From: an uncultured Rivularia sp. | GTDB lineage: Bacteria; Cyanobacteriota; Cyanobacteriia; Cyanobacteriales; Nostocaceae | Assembly: GCA_963665115.1 (NCBI GenBank) | Contig: OY762007.1 | Coordinates: 1,440,001 to 1,504,000 of the forward strand | Direction: 5' to 3' | Length of the DNA stretch: 64,000 bases | Shown here: in pieces, positions 50,492 to 62,674 of the stretch | How positions within the stretch are numbered: position 1 is the first letter of the stretch | How the letters are laid out: each line of letters starts with the position of its first letter | Notes under the pieces: model-generated | Database searches by the model: none | What the model was told of the DNA's origin: nothing | The model's input: only the letters and a program-made list of their open reading frames with translations | Position numbers and translations under genes: made by a program

Positions 50492-50992
50492 CTAAAGTCT
50501 TTGAATAACCATTCGGCGAATTTGACTATTAGTATTAAGTAGAATTAGGGGAATAGTGACATACACACGTTGCCTTGGCTGAATAGAGCCAGCAGGATTA
50601 ATCTCAACTGGAACAAAACCTAATTCAACACCATTTTTATCGTAGAAGTGTGCGGTATATCCTAGAGGTAAGACAAATTGCTTTGCTTCAACACTAAATT
50701 GGATTGCATCTAGAGGATTATTTTGATTGAACTCATCTTGCGAATTAACTGTAACTTTTTTCGGTCGGGTAATTAAATTAAAGTCATATCCTAGTTCCCC
50801 AATATCTATTTGAAATTTAGCTTGAGCTAAGAGATTTGATTTATCAAAAATATCAGCATTTTCTTTCTGCTGACTTATATTTTGTATTTTATTTTCCTGA
50901 ATTGAATAGTTTTTGACACTAATTGCAGGATAATTGTAAACAATAGTACTAGTTATGGCAATTGTATGACAAAGTAAATTTTTATGAATCAT
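50492..50992 (-). CDS. Hypothetical, probably exported protein
   Basis: N-terminal hydrophobic stretch and beta-rich C-domain; no family recognised. Confidence 0.6.
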   Translation of the reverse strand: MIHKNLLCHTIAITSTIVYNYPAISVKNYSIQENKIQNISQQKENADIFDKSNLLAQAKFQIDIGELGYDFNLITRPKKVTVNSQDEFNQNNPLDAIQFSVEAKQFVLPLGYTAHFYDKNGVELGFVPVEINPAGSIQPRQRVYVTIPLILLNTNSQIRRMVIQRL

Positions 50993-51221
50993 TTGATGAT
51001 TGCCCCTAATTGATTAAAACGATTTAGCAGTGGTTTATTTCTGATTTATTCCACTCGGTTTAATTAATAAATTAGAGGAAAATAATAATAGACACAACAA
51101 ACATTTATGCCTGTTAAGTTGCTGTTTATTGATAAAGTAATTGCATTTTTCGGCAACTTTAGCCGCAACAAACTTAATCTATAACTGATTTGGATGTAAG
51201 AAAGGAATTTTAAACAATTAC

Positions 51222-51246
51222 AAAGCCCGCTGTGGTAGCGAGCTTT
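51222..51246 (-). terminator. Probable intrinsic terminator
   Basis: AAAGCCCGCT-GTGGT-AGCGAGCTTT imperfect stem downstream of the 51293-51544 gene. Confidence 0.5.
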
Positions 51247-51292
51247 ATTATTGGTATTAGCTTAAATGTAATTGTTAACAAAATATTTCTGT

Positions 51293-51544
51293 TTAATTAT
51301 CTGCAAGAAAACACATAGCCTTAAAACGCAAACCCACCAGTTCATCATACAAAGGATTTAACTTACACATAGGAGGGATATGGATTTGCTTGCGTCCAAA
51401 TATGATATTGCGTTCAAAGGGACATTGGGAAGGAATAAGTTTGCACAGAAATTGAGCTAGTTTAGTATTGTGGATTTCGATAGTTTCCAACCACTGGCGA
51501 ATTGGATATAGTAAATCATGCTGTGTTTGGGTAAAGTCAGTCAC
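51293..51544 (-). CDS. Stand-alone 'Mo-dependent nitrogenase C-terminal' domain protein
   Basis: LCKLIPSQCPFER...HIPPMCKLNPLYDELVGLRFKA signature; GTG start with AGGAG RBS. Confidence 0.88.
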   Translation of the reverse strand: MTDFTQTQHDLLYPIRQWLETIEIHNTKLAQFLCKLIPSQCPFERNIIFGRKQIHIPPMCKLNPLYDELVGLRFKAMCFLADN

Positions 51545-51603
51545 GATTGCTCTCCTAAGTAATTTTTATAAATGGTTTGTTGAAGATTGAACTTCTATTA
51601 ATA

Positions 51604-51671
51604 CTTAGATTAAAGGAGAGTAATTGGTAATGCATTCACTAAAGATGCAAAGTTAATTGCAGAAAACTACC
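51604..51671 (-). promoter_or_regulatory. Conserved promoter block upstream of the Mo-nitrogenase-C domain gene
   Basis: CTTAGATTAAAG...GGTAATGCATTCAC..A..ATGCAAA...ATTGCA shared with 50179-50240. Confidence 0.55.
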
Positions 51672-51674
51672 TTG

Positions 51675-54600
51675 TTAACAAGCCCGACTCAAGAGCAATC
51701 GCCCATCAGGTAATTTATATAATCCTTGTGGTTCAATAATGCGATCGCCTTTCTTCCAAGCGCGAGAATTTGGTTGTATATTACCTTCAACACCACGCAC
51801 ATCACCAGTGGAATATTCGGAAATAAATCCATCCCCCGGACTATTGCGTAAACCACCAGAACCTGTAATTTGAAAAGAGTTTTCTTGGCGCTTTGTACTG
51901 CGTGAAATACAGCTATTAGCGATTAAAGCGTTGGTGTCAATTTGATTATCGGGTAAGTCGTCAAGGTTGTTTCGGATGCTGCTATCATCTGGATCGGTGA
52001 GATTGAGAACTCCGGGAACTCCTAATTCGGAACTGGCTGTAATATCGCTTGTTGCATCATTTTGTTGTTGGCGAGGTTCGATACCGAAGATTCCTTGGGA
52101 AAGAATGTTAACGTTTCCACCACTACCGCTGAAAGCATTAGCGGTGATGTCGCTGTTTTCTTGGGGGAGAGCAACGATGAATTTGGAGTTGATGTCAATG
52201 TCGCCACCGTCACCGCCTTTTTCGGCTGTACCGGCGTTTGTGGAGATTTGAGCGCCGCGACGCATGAGGAGTAAGTCGCTTGTGAGGTTGATGTTTCCGC
52301 CGTTGCCAGATGTTGAGTTGGCGTTGAGTTTTCCGCCGTTATCTAAGGTAACTTGAGGTGAGTTGACTTCGATATTACCTGTGTTGCCTGAGCCTATGGA
52401 ATTTACAAACAAGCCGCTGTTAGAACTAATATTTGTATCTTTTGCTGTCACCTTCACATCCCCTGCATCGCCTATTCCAAAAGTTGAGGCAATAAGTTGA
52501 GCGCCATCTCGTAATGAGAAGGAGCCAGAATCAATAGTAATATTACCTCCATTACCAACTGTCCCCCCGCACCTACAGAGCTAAAAATCGCACTGAAAGT
52601 ACCGTTTTTCACACCAGCGATATCAACTGAACCAGTAACTTTCACATTTACATTACCAGCATCTCCTTGTCCTGGTGGCTGGGTATCGGATGCTTCACGA
52701 GTAAGAGTTAACAATTGAGCGCCATCAGCTAGTGAAAGTGTTGCGGCATTAATATCGATATTGCCACCCTTACCCTTACCTCCTGCTTCCACTGTGCTAA
52801 AGATGTTAACGTTACCTGCAAGCGAAACAGCATTTCCGGTATTAAATGTCACATTTCCTGCATTGCCAATTCCATAAGTTGAGGCTTGAAGATAAGCGCC
52901 ATCTCGTAACAAGAAGGAACCAGAATCGATAGTAATACTACCTCCATTTCCTTCTGCTCCCGTATCCACAAAGCTAAAAATCCCACTGAAACTACCGTTT
53001 TTCTCCCCAGCAATATCAACTAATCCAGTAACTTTCACGTTGACACTGCCAGCATCCCCTCTACCTACTGCTTGAGTATTAAATGCACTACGAGTAATAG
53101 TTTGCAATTGAGCACCATCAGTGAGTGAAAGTGTTGCGGCATTAATATCGATATTGCCACCCTTACCCTTACCTCCTGCTTCCACTGTGCTAAAGATGTT
53201 AACGTTACCTGCAAGCGAAACAGCATCGAGTGCATTCACTTTGACATTCCCTGCACTTCCTTGTCCCAAAGTTGAAGCAGCAACTGAAGCGCCATCTCGT
53301 AATGAGAAAGAACCAGAATCAACGGTAATATTACCTCCATTGCCAACTGTTCCCGTACCTACAGAGCTAAAAATCCCACTAGCAAAAACGTCTTTCTTCC
53401 CAGCGATATTAACTGACCCAGTAGCTTTCACATTAACATTGCCAGCATCCCCTTGTCCTGCTAGTTGGTTATCAGATGCACTACGAGTAATAGTTTGTAA
53501 TTGAGCGCCATCAGTGAGTGAAAGCGTCGCAGCATTAATGTCGATATTGCCACCCCGACCCTTACCTCCTACTTCCACTGTGCTAAAGATGCCAGTAGGC
53601 TGACCTGCAAGCGAAACAGCACCGGGTGTATTTACTTTCACATTCCCTGCATCGCCCATTCCAAAAGTTGAAGCTTCAATTCGAGCGCCATCTCGTAATA
53701 AGAAAGAACCAGAATCAACAGTAATATTACCTCCATTGCCAACTGTACCCGTACCTACAGAGCTAAAAATCCCACTGGCAAAAATGCCTTTCTTCCCAGC
53801 AATATTAACTAACCCAGTAACTTTCACATTAACATTGCCAGCATTACCTCTACCTGCTAATTGGTTATCAGACGCACTACGAGTAATAGTTAACAGTTGA
53901 GCACTGTCAGTAAGAGAAAGCGTTGCCGCATTAATATCAATATCACCACCCTGACCGTCACCTCCTGCTTCTACCGTGCTGAGAATGTAAGCATTACTTA
54001 CAAGCGAAACAGCACCTAGTGTATTTACTCTCACATTCCCAGCATCGCCCATTCCACGAGTCGAGGCACCAAGTTGAGCACCATTTCGTAACGATAATGA
54101 ACCAGAATCAACAGTAATATTACCCCCTTTCCCTTTTGTCCCAGAACCTACAAAACTCAAAATTCCACTAGACAATCCATTTTTCACACCAGCAATATCA
54201 ACTAACCCAGTAACTCTCACATTGACATTTCCAGCATTACCTCTACCTGGTGGTTGAGTATCAGATGCACCACGAGTAATAGTTATCAGTTGAGCGCTGT
54301 CAGCAAGAGAAAGCGTTGCTGCATTAATATCGATATTGCCACCTTGTCCCACACCTCCTGCTTCTACTGTGCTGATAATGTTACCATCCATAAGCGAAAT
54401 AGCTTCTGTTGCTGTCACCTTGATATTCCCTGCATTGCCCATTCCACGAGTTGAGGCACTAAGTTCAGTCCCCTCAGTAAGAGAAAGGGTTGCCGTATTG
54501 ATATCAATATTGCCACTTTGACCCTCACCCTCTGCTTCCACTCCGCTATAGATGACAGTAGGATAACCTGCGAGCGAAACAGTTTCTGTTGCTGTCACCT

Positions 54601-55933
54601 TGATATTCCCTGCATTGCCAACTCCAGAAATTGAGGTAGCAAGTCCAGCGCCATCAGTAAGAGAAAGGGTTGACGCGTTAATATCAATATTGCCACCGTC
54701 ACCCACACCACTTGCTTCCACCGTGCTAAGAATAGCAGCATTACCTCTAAGGGAAATAGCATCTTTTGCACTCACCGTCACATTCCCGGCGTTACCTTTG
54801 CCAAAACTTGAGGCACCAAGTACACCGCCTTCTCCTAATAAGAACAAACCAGAGTCAATAGTAATATTACCTCCATTGCCTTGTGAACCGGAGCGTACAA
54901 AATTGCGAACAATACTCCCAGCACCTGCAACATTAATTTCCCCAGTAGCATTAAGTGTGATATCTCCTGCAACAGTTTCAGGTGTCCCCAAACCTCGCCC
55001 AATCCCAGCAAAAAGCTTACTTCCTTGCAAAATATCTAAATTTCGGGAATTGATAGCAATATCACCACCACCATCCGCTTCTACACGTACAAACGCTCGA
55101 TTAGTAAGCGATACATCTGAACGAGTGGCATTTTCAGGAAATCCTAACTTCAAATTATCCCCATCAGAGAGAAGATTGACATTTCCAGGTGCTGCTAATC
55201 CTCCTAATTCAACTCTCCCACCATAAGCATTTAATCTTCCTCTATCCATGCTGACATTACCACCCACCAACAGCAAACTCTTACCATCCGCTACTCGTAA
55301 ACCAAAAGCGTTACCACCTGCTGGATTTGTTCCTGCGGGTGCAATTGAGTCATTTTGAATCGCTGCTTGATTATTAACTGCATTAAAAAACAATGCAGAC
55401 GGGTTAACCGAAAGTAAATTACTTTTTTCAGGTTCCGTTGCACTAAATAATCCTGTCTCTCCCAAGTTAATCCCATTCGCAGTAGTCGCGACAAACGAAC
55501 CACCCACATCTAAACTCGCATTTTCGCCAAATACAATCCCATTGGGATTAATCAAAAAGAAATTCGGCTGAGAATTACCAAAAGTACCTAGAGTACCCAG
55601 AATTTCCGAAGGATTTCTACCCGTCACCCGCGTTAAAATATTCTGTATTTCTGCATTCGGACTGAAAAAATATGTTCCTCTTCCTTCGCTAACGTTGAAT
55701 TCTTGAAAGCTGTGAAATAAATTAATCCCTCGCTGCGCTCCACCAGTGATTGTTTCGATTTTGTCTCTAGAAAATGCTGGAGGTAATCCTTGGAAATTTT
55801 CATCAACTTGAGAAGATTCAGCCCCAAGGGAATTATCCGGAATAATATTACTACTTTGAGCAAAACATGGATTGATGAAAAATGCCTGAAATGAAGCTAT
55901 GCCCAAAAGTCCTAACCAGTAAATACCCTTCAT
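51675..55933 (-). CDS. TpsA / filamentous haemagglutinin-like exoprotein; +1 frameshift in C-run at 52563-52568
   Basis: Signal peptide, TPS domain (NLFHSFQEFN, NPNGI), ~393-bp internal repeats; deleting one C restores GAGTVGNGGNITIDSG and joins the 1158-aa and 260-aa ORFs. Confidence 0.9.
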
Positions 55934-55991
55934 TGTTAATCCCCTCATTATTAAAATCTAAATGTTAAAAAATAATATTTGATCTGAAAAT

Positions 55992-58900
55992 TTAAGAACT
56001 ACATCCCCGACTCAATAAAATTTTTCCATCTGATAATTTATAAACTCCTGTTGGTTCAATAATGCGATCGCCTTTTTTCCAAGCGCGAGAATTTGGTTGT
56101 ATATTACTTTCAACATTACGTACATCACCAGTGGAATATTCGGAAATAAATCCATCCCCCGGACTATTGCGTAAACCACCAGAACCTGTAATTTTAAAAG
56201 AGTTTTCTTGTCGCTTTGTGCTGCGTGAAATACAGCTATTGGCTATTAAAGCGTCTGTATCAATTTGATTTTCGGGTAAGTCGTCAAGGTTGTTTCGGAT
56301 ATTGCTATCATCTGGATCGGTGAGATTGAGAACTCCAGGAACTCCTAAATCAGAACTGGCTGTAATATCGCTTGTTGCATCATTTTGTTGTTGGCGAGGT
56401 TCGATACCGAATATTCCCTGAGAGAGAATGTTAACGTTTCCACCAGTACCGCTGAAAGCATTGGCGGTGATGTCGCTGTTTTCTTGGGGGAGAGCGACGA
56501 TGAATTTGGAGTTGATGTCAATGTTTCCGCCGTCGCCGCCTTTTTTGGCTGTACCTGCGTTTGTGGAGATTTGAGCGCCGCGACGCATGAGGAGTAAGTC
56601 GCTTGTGAGGTTGATGTTTCCGCCATTGCCGGATGCTGAGTTGGCGTTGAGTTTGCCTTGGTTATCTAAGGTAATTTGAGGTGAGTTGACTTCGATATTA
56701 CCTGTATCACCTGAACCGGAAGAACTAACAAACAAGCCACTGTTAGGACCAATATTTCGGACGCGATCGCCTTCTTGAGCTACCAGGTTATTGTAATTAG
56801 GGTAACTTCCATTAACAATCGCCTTCTGTATAACGTTAATTATAATTTTTCCAGCGCTTCCATTGCTCGACGTAGTTGTAATTAATTGTCCTCCTTCGAG
56901 TGCTTCAAAAATACCTGTATTCACTGCAATGTTGCCACCCTTATCATCATTTCTAGTACCCGCATCTATAAGAGCGCCATCTCGTAATGAGAAGGAACTA
57001 GAATCAATAGTAATATTACCTCCGTTCCCTTTTGTTCCCGTATTTACAAGGCTACCAATCCCACTAGGAGCACCGTTTTTTACTCCAGCAATATTAACTG
57101 ACTCAGTAACCTTCACATTCACATTGCCAGCATTCCCTTGTCCTGCTGGTTGGGTATCGGATGCTTCACGAGTAATAGTTAGTAATTGAGCGCCTTCAGT
57201 AAGTGAAAGTGTTGCTGCGTTGATATCAATATCGCCACCTTTACCCACACCTCCTGCTTCCACAGTACTGAAAATACCAGCATTTCCTGCAACAGAAACA
57301 GCATCTGTTGCTGTCACCTTGAAATTTCCTGCATCACCCTGCCCGAAAGTAGAAGCAGCGAGTTGAGCGCCATCTCGCAATGAAAAGGAACGAGAATCAA
57401 TCGTAATATTACCTCCATTTCCTCGCGACCCCTGCTTCCACGGAGCTAAAAATCCCACTTAGAAAACCGTTTTTCTCTCCAGCAATATCAACTAATCCAG
57501 TAACTTTCACATTCACATTGCCAGCATTCCCATTACCCACTGATTGAGTGTCGAATGCATTACGATTAATAGCTAGCAGTTGAGCGCCTTCAGTAAGTGA
57601 CAGCGTTGCCGCATTAATATCTATATTGCCACCCTGTCCCACACTCCCTGCTTCCACTGCACTCAAAATGCTAGCACCTGCAACCGAAATAGTATCTTTT
57701 GCATTGACTATCACATTTCCTGCATCACCCTGCCCAAAAGTAGAAGCAATAAGTTGAGCGCCATCTCGCAATGAAAAGGAACCAGAATCAATAGAAATAT
57801 TACCTCCATTTCCTTGCGACCCTATTTCCACGGAGCTAGAAATGCTACTGAAAAAACCATTTTTCTCTCCAGCAATATCAACTAACCCGGTAACTTTCAC
57901 ATTTACATTGCCAGCATCCCCTCTACCTGCTGGTTGACTATCAGATGCACCACGAGTAATAGTTAGCATTTGAGCGCCCTCAGTGAGTGAAAGCGTTGCC
58001 GCATTAATATCGATATTGCCAGCTTGAGCCTCACCCTCTGCTTCCACTGTACTTAAAATGACAGCATCTACAAGGGAAACAGCGTCTGCTGCTGTCACCT
58101 TGACATTACCAGGATTACCAATTCCTAAAGTGGAAGCAATGAGTTGAGCGCTATCTTCTAATAAGAAGGAATCAGAATCAATAGTAATATTACCTCCTTT
58201 TCCTTGTGAACCTGAGCGTACATTATTGCGAACATTACTCCCAGCACCTGCAACTTTAATTTCCCCAGTAGCATTGAGCGTAATATCTCCCGCAACAGTA
58301 TCAGCAGTCCCTAAACCTTGCCCAATCCCACCAGAAAGCTTACTTCCTTGCAAAATATCTAAATTACGAGTATTGATAACAATATCACCACCACCATCTG
58401 CTTCTACACCTACAAACGCTTGATTGGTCAGCGATACATCTGCACGAGCTACATTTTCAGGAAATCCCAATTTCAAATTATCCCCATCAAAAAGAAAATT
58501 TATATTTCCAGGTGCTGCTAATCCCCCCAACTCAACTCTCCCCCCAGGAGTAGATAACCTCCCACCATCCAAACTGACATCACCACCAACCAACAACAAA
58601 CTCTTAGCATCCAACACCTGCAAACCATTTATCGGGCGATTTGCATCACCATTCAAAGCAATTCCCAATACTGTACTTGTCGCTCTCGAACGATTTATGA
58701 TTCCTGCTTGATTATTAACAGCATTAAAAAACAACGCAGATGGATTCACTGAAAGTAAATTACTTTTTCCTGGTTCCGTTGCGCTAAATAATCCCGTCTC
58801 TCCCAAGTTAATTCCATTCGCAGTAGTCGCGACAAACGAACCACCCACATCTAAACTCGCATTTTCCCCAAAAACAATTCCGTTGGGATTAATCAAAAAG

Positions 58901-59253
58901 AAATTCGGCTGAGAATTACCAAAAGTACCCAAAGTACCCAGAATTTCCGAAGGATTTCTACCCGTCACCCGCGTTAAGATATTTTGTATTTCTGCGTTAG
59001 GACTGAAAAAATATGCTCCTCTCCCTTCGCTAACATTGAATTGTTGAAAGCTGTGAAATAAATTAATACCTCTTTGCGCTCCACCTGTAATTACTTCTAG
59101 AGGTAATCCTGAAAAATTTTCATCAACTTGAGAAGATTCAGCCCCGAGGGAATTATCGGGAATAATATTACTACTTTGAGCAAAACATGGATTGATGAAA
59201 AATGCTTGAAATGAAGCTATACCCAAAAGTCCGAGCCAGTAAATACCCTTCAC
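55992..59253 (-). CDS. TpsA / filamentous haemagglutinin-like exoprotein, tandem paralog; +1 frameshift at ~57429-57432
   Basis: N- and C-termini nearly identical to 51675-55933; deleting one base restores EAGSRGNGGNITID. Confidence 0.9.
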
Positions 59254-59913
59254 TGTTAATTCCTCCCCTGCTCTTAAAATTAATGTTAATTACTAATGGT
59301 TAACACTGACATAAATATTCATAAATGTTTTTTATTTACACGTAAAATAAAATTACCTTGAATCGCTATAGATTTGCAAGCAGCAGTTACATAAAGTTAA
59401 CCAAACTGAATTTTATCTAAAATCAATTATTTCAAACCCCTGTCGGTAAAAGTTGCATAAAACTGCATATTTTCTGTAAAGCTGAGTTATTCATGTCTAT
59501 TTCTGGTAACTTAAAAAAATAAAGCCTAAAAGGTGTTTTAAGAGTCTAATTTAATACTTTTCCTAGCGACTAGAAGTCGCTGCTACACAAACAAAACCCC
59601 TCCTGCTCGGGTTCTAACTTGACTAGTAGTCGTTTGCATTTATTCTGACGGCTTGTATTTTAGTCCTATTTATAGGACTTTTGCTATTAGCTCGGGGTTT
59701 GCAACCCCGAGCGGGTAACGGTTAAAGCTAGTCATATTTAATGAAGTACCAGTCCACGGAGGTGGTGAGAGCAGCCCCGTGCGGAGGTTCCCTCCGTTGA
59801 TCTGACTGCCGTTAGCGCAGCGTCTCCGGAGGAGATACCCGAAGGGACTTCGCTTGTATAGCAGCGGTTTAAACCGCCAGATACTTCTCATCTAAGTTTT
59901 CACTATTTAAATT

Positions 59914-62622
59914 ATGAATACCAAAAAATACCAAAAATTAAATCGCCATCAATTTCTTAAAGTATTATTTTTTGCAACTCTCTTAATCAGTTTATCTTTT
60001 GGACAAGTTGTATCGGCACAAGCTCCAAATGCCAGTTCGTTGGTGAAACAAGGAGTTGAAGACTACAAGGCTAAGAAGTATCGCAATGCGGTAGAACACT
60101 GGAAAGACGCAATCAAAGAGTATCAAAACAATCCCTCTGCTACGGCTGTTGTCAATGAAAATTTGGGACGTGCTTATCAAAAATTAGGAGAAGATAAAGC
60201 GGCAATTCAATCGCTGTCTGCGGCAATTCGGGATTATGGAGCGGCTAAAGATATTAAGCAGGTGGGACGAGTGCAGACAGAACTTGCTCAAGTTTATAGC
60301 AATTTGGGACAACCTCGAAAGGCGATCGCACTTGTGTGTGGCAAAGTCGCAAGTCAAGAAAATCTGCAAGTCAAATGTATGTCGGAAAGTGCCGCAGAAA
60401 TTGCGAATCAATACGATGATGCAGATGGTAAGGTTGCAGCTTTGGGTGTTCTCGGTGATGCATATCGGTTAATCGGAAATTACGATAGAGCAATTTATTA
60501 TTTAGATACAGCAAAACAAGCGGCTCCGACAAATTTTTTAGTTTTAAATAGTTTGGGGAATGCTTACAGAAATCGTGCCCAATTATTAGATTTAAGAGCT
60601 AATTCGGCAAAGCAAATTCGTCTTTCAAATAAAGCAAAAGAATTTAATCAAAAGTCTGAGGCAGATTACAATCAAGCCCGTAATTATTTCCAAGAAAGTA
60701 TCAATTTTGCCCGTCAGCGGAAAGAAAGTTTAGCTGAAATACGGGGATTATTAAATTTAATTCAGTTGGCTTCCCAGGCAAGTCAAATGAAAGTTGTTGA
60801 TGATGCAACTTTTAATAGTTCGTTGGCAGATGCTTTAAAAGCTCTGGAAGATTTACCAGATTCAACAACAAAAGTTTATGGATCAATTGATTTAGCATAT
60901 TTGCAACGCAATCAAAAAAAATCACCTTTAATTGGCTGCACAACTGAGCTTGTTTTACCGGAAAATCAATCTTTGAGTTTGCTGCAAAAGTCAGTGTTAA
61001 CCAGCAATAATTTAAAAGATAATCGCCTACAATCTTATGCTAACGGTGCTTTGGGACATTTCTGGGAATGCCGTCAAAATAACCAGAAGGCATTAACATA
61101 TACCCAAAATGCAATTGTTGCGGCAGACAGTAAGTTGGGTGCAAAAGATAGCTTGTATTTGTGGGAGTGGCAAGCTGGAAGAATTTTGAGCAAGCAGAAT
61201 AAAAATCAAGCTGCGGTTAAATCTTATCAGCGTGCATATGAAACTTTGGAAGATATTCGCCAGGATATTTTAACAGCAAAACGAGACGTACAGTTTGACT
61301 TCCGCGATGTTGTTAAACCACTTTATCGTACATTAGCGCAGTCGCGGTTGGAACTGCTGCAAAGTGGAGCAATTACTCAGAAAGAACGCCCAAATCAATT
61401 ATCGAAAGTAGTAGAAACTATTGATTCTTTGAAATTAGCAGAATTACAGAATTACTTTGGTAATGATTGTGTTTTGAGTGCTTTGAATCCCAAGCAGGTG
61501 GATGAACTTCTGGAGGATAAAAATAATAGTGCGGCGTTTAAAAACACCGTATTTTTAAGTTCGATAATTTTAGATGGTAAAACCGGGATATTATTGCAAT
61601 CAGCCAACCGAGAAACTAAATTTAAGTGGATTGAAGATGTTAATCAAGAAGGTAAAGACAAAATAGTTAGCACGAATAAGCTAGAGCAAAAAATTGCCGA
61701 ATTTCGTGATGGGTTAAAGAAAGGAAGAGAACAAATTAACTACGATACGACAACTGCGGCAGAGCTTTACGATTGGATAATTCGTCCATTTATAAAAGAT
61801 GGGGATATTTCACCCGATAAAGTCAAAACCCTGGTGTTTCTTCAGGATGGATTTTTGCGTAGCGTGCCAATGGCAGCACTTTATGACAGGGAACAAGAAA
61901 AATATTTAGTTGAAACCTACGCTATTGGCACAACTCCAAGTTTACGAATTACCACACCCAAACCACGCCGCAGCAAGCAGAAAGCATTAATTTTGGGTTT
62001 AACAAAATCAGCTACAATCGATGGCAAGAAATTTGAGGGGCTTTCTTGGGTTAACGACGAAGTTAGTGCAGTTAAAGAACAATTTCCCAATCATAGTTAT
62101 TTACAAGACGATAATTTTATTCCCGACAATTTTCGGCAGAAACTCCAAAAAACCACATACCCTATAGTTCATATTGCCAGTCACGCTCAATTTGGTGTGA
62201 TTCCCGAAGACACATTCATAGTCACGGGTAACAACAAAAAAATTACCATCAGCGAATTAGAAAACTCACTGCAAAATCTTAACAGCCCATCCGATAGCGT
62301 CGAACTTCTTGCCCTTACTGCCTGTCAAACCGCAGTTGGTAACGACCGTGCTACGTTAGGATTAGCTGGAGTAGCATTGCAAGTCGGAGTTAAAAGTGCG
62401 ATCGCCTCTTTGTGGAGTGTACAAGATGCATCCACATCCAGACTTGTAAAAGAATTTTATCAAAACTATCGTCAACAAGGAATGAGTGTTTCTCAAGCAT
62501 TGCAAAAAGCTCAAATAAAAATGATTAACGCTAAAAAATTACCTCCATCTGAAGATATGAATATCGCGTATGATAACCCCGCACATTGGGCACCGATGAT
62601 TGTTATCGGTAATTGGCTTTAA
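59914..62622 (+). CDS. Secreted TPR-CHAT (caspase-like) protease
   Basis: Signal peptide, TPR repeats, LYDWIIRP, DGFLRSVPMAAL, catalytic His (HIASHAQF) and Cys (LTACQTA), ASLWSV, HWAPM. Confidence 0.93.
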   Translation: MNTKKYQKLNRHQFLKVLFFATLLISLSFGQVVSAQAPNASSLVKQGVEDYKAKKYRNAVEHWKDAIKEYQNNPSATAVVNENLGRAYQKLGEDKAAIQSLSAAIRDYGAAKDIKQVGRVQTELAQVYSNLGQPRKAIALVCGKVASQENLQVKCMSESAAEIANQYDDADGKVAALGVLGDAYRLIGNYDRAIYYLDTAKQAAPTNFLVLNSLGNAYRNRAQLLDLRANSAKQIRLSNKAKEFNQKSEADYNQARNYFQESINFARQRKESLAEIRGLLNLIQLASQASQMKVVDDATFNSSLADALKALEDLPDSTTKVYGSIDLAYLQRNQKKSPLIGCTTELVLPENQSLSLLQKSVLTSNNLKDNRLQSYANGALGHFWECRQNNQKALTYTQNAIVAADSKLGAKDSLYLWEWQAGRILSKQNKNQAAVKSYQRAYETLEDIRQDILTAKRDVQFDFRDVVKPLYRTLAQSRLELLQSGAITQKERPNQLSKVVETIDSLKLAELQNYFGNDCVLSALNPKQVDELLEDKNNSAAFKNTVFLSSIILDGKTGILLQSANRETKFKWIEDVNQEGKDKIVSTNKLEQKIAEFRDGLKKGREQINYDTTTAAELYDWIIRPFIKDGDISPDKVKTLVFLQDGFLRSVPMAALYDREQEKYLVETYAIGTTPSLRITTPKPRRSKQKALILGLTKSATIDGKKFEGLSWVNDEVSAVKEQFPNHSYLQDDNFIPDNFRQKLQKTTYPIVHIASHAQFGVIPEDTFIVTGNNKKITISELENSLQNLNSPSDSVELLALTACQTAVGNDRATLGLAGVALQVGVKSAIASLWSVQDASTSRLVKEFYQNYRQQGMSVSQALQKAQIKMINAKKLPPSEDMNIAYDNPAHWAPMIVIGNWL

Positions 62623-62674
62623 CAATTATCAATCATCTAGAGATGTTATAACTTCAGCCTAACGCACTATTTGA

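Noticed and set aside
51293..51544. Nitrogenase gene
   Set aside because: Only the small domain carrying that name; no nif genes or nitrogenase motifs
52563..52568. Programmed phase variation at a C6 tract in tpsA
   Set aside because: Tract is short, and the same +1 pattern occurs in six unrelated genes, which favours sequencing error
51675..57000. Diversity-generating retroelement template/variable repeat pair in the duplicated TpsA C-termini
   Set aside because: No reverse transcriptase in the window, differences are not adenine-specific, and both copies are coding
41549..58711. Many long antisense ORFs (e.g. 42914-43402, 44012-44539, 53121-53504, 54600-55226)
   Set aside because: Shadows of Gly/Asn-rich TpsA repeats on the opposite strand
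59914..62622. CHAT protease as a CRISPR-linked (Craspase/Csx29-like) effector
   Set aside because: 40 kb from the Cas genes, has a signal peptide, sits in a TPS context, and the system is multi-subunit III-D rather than III-E
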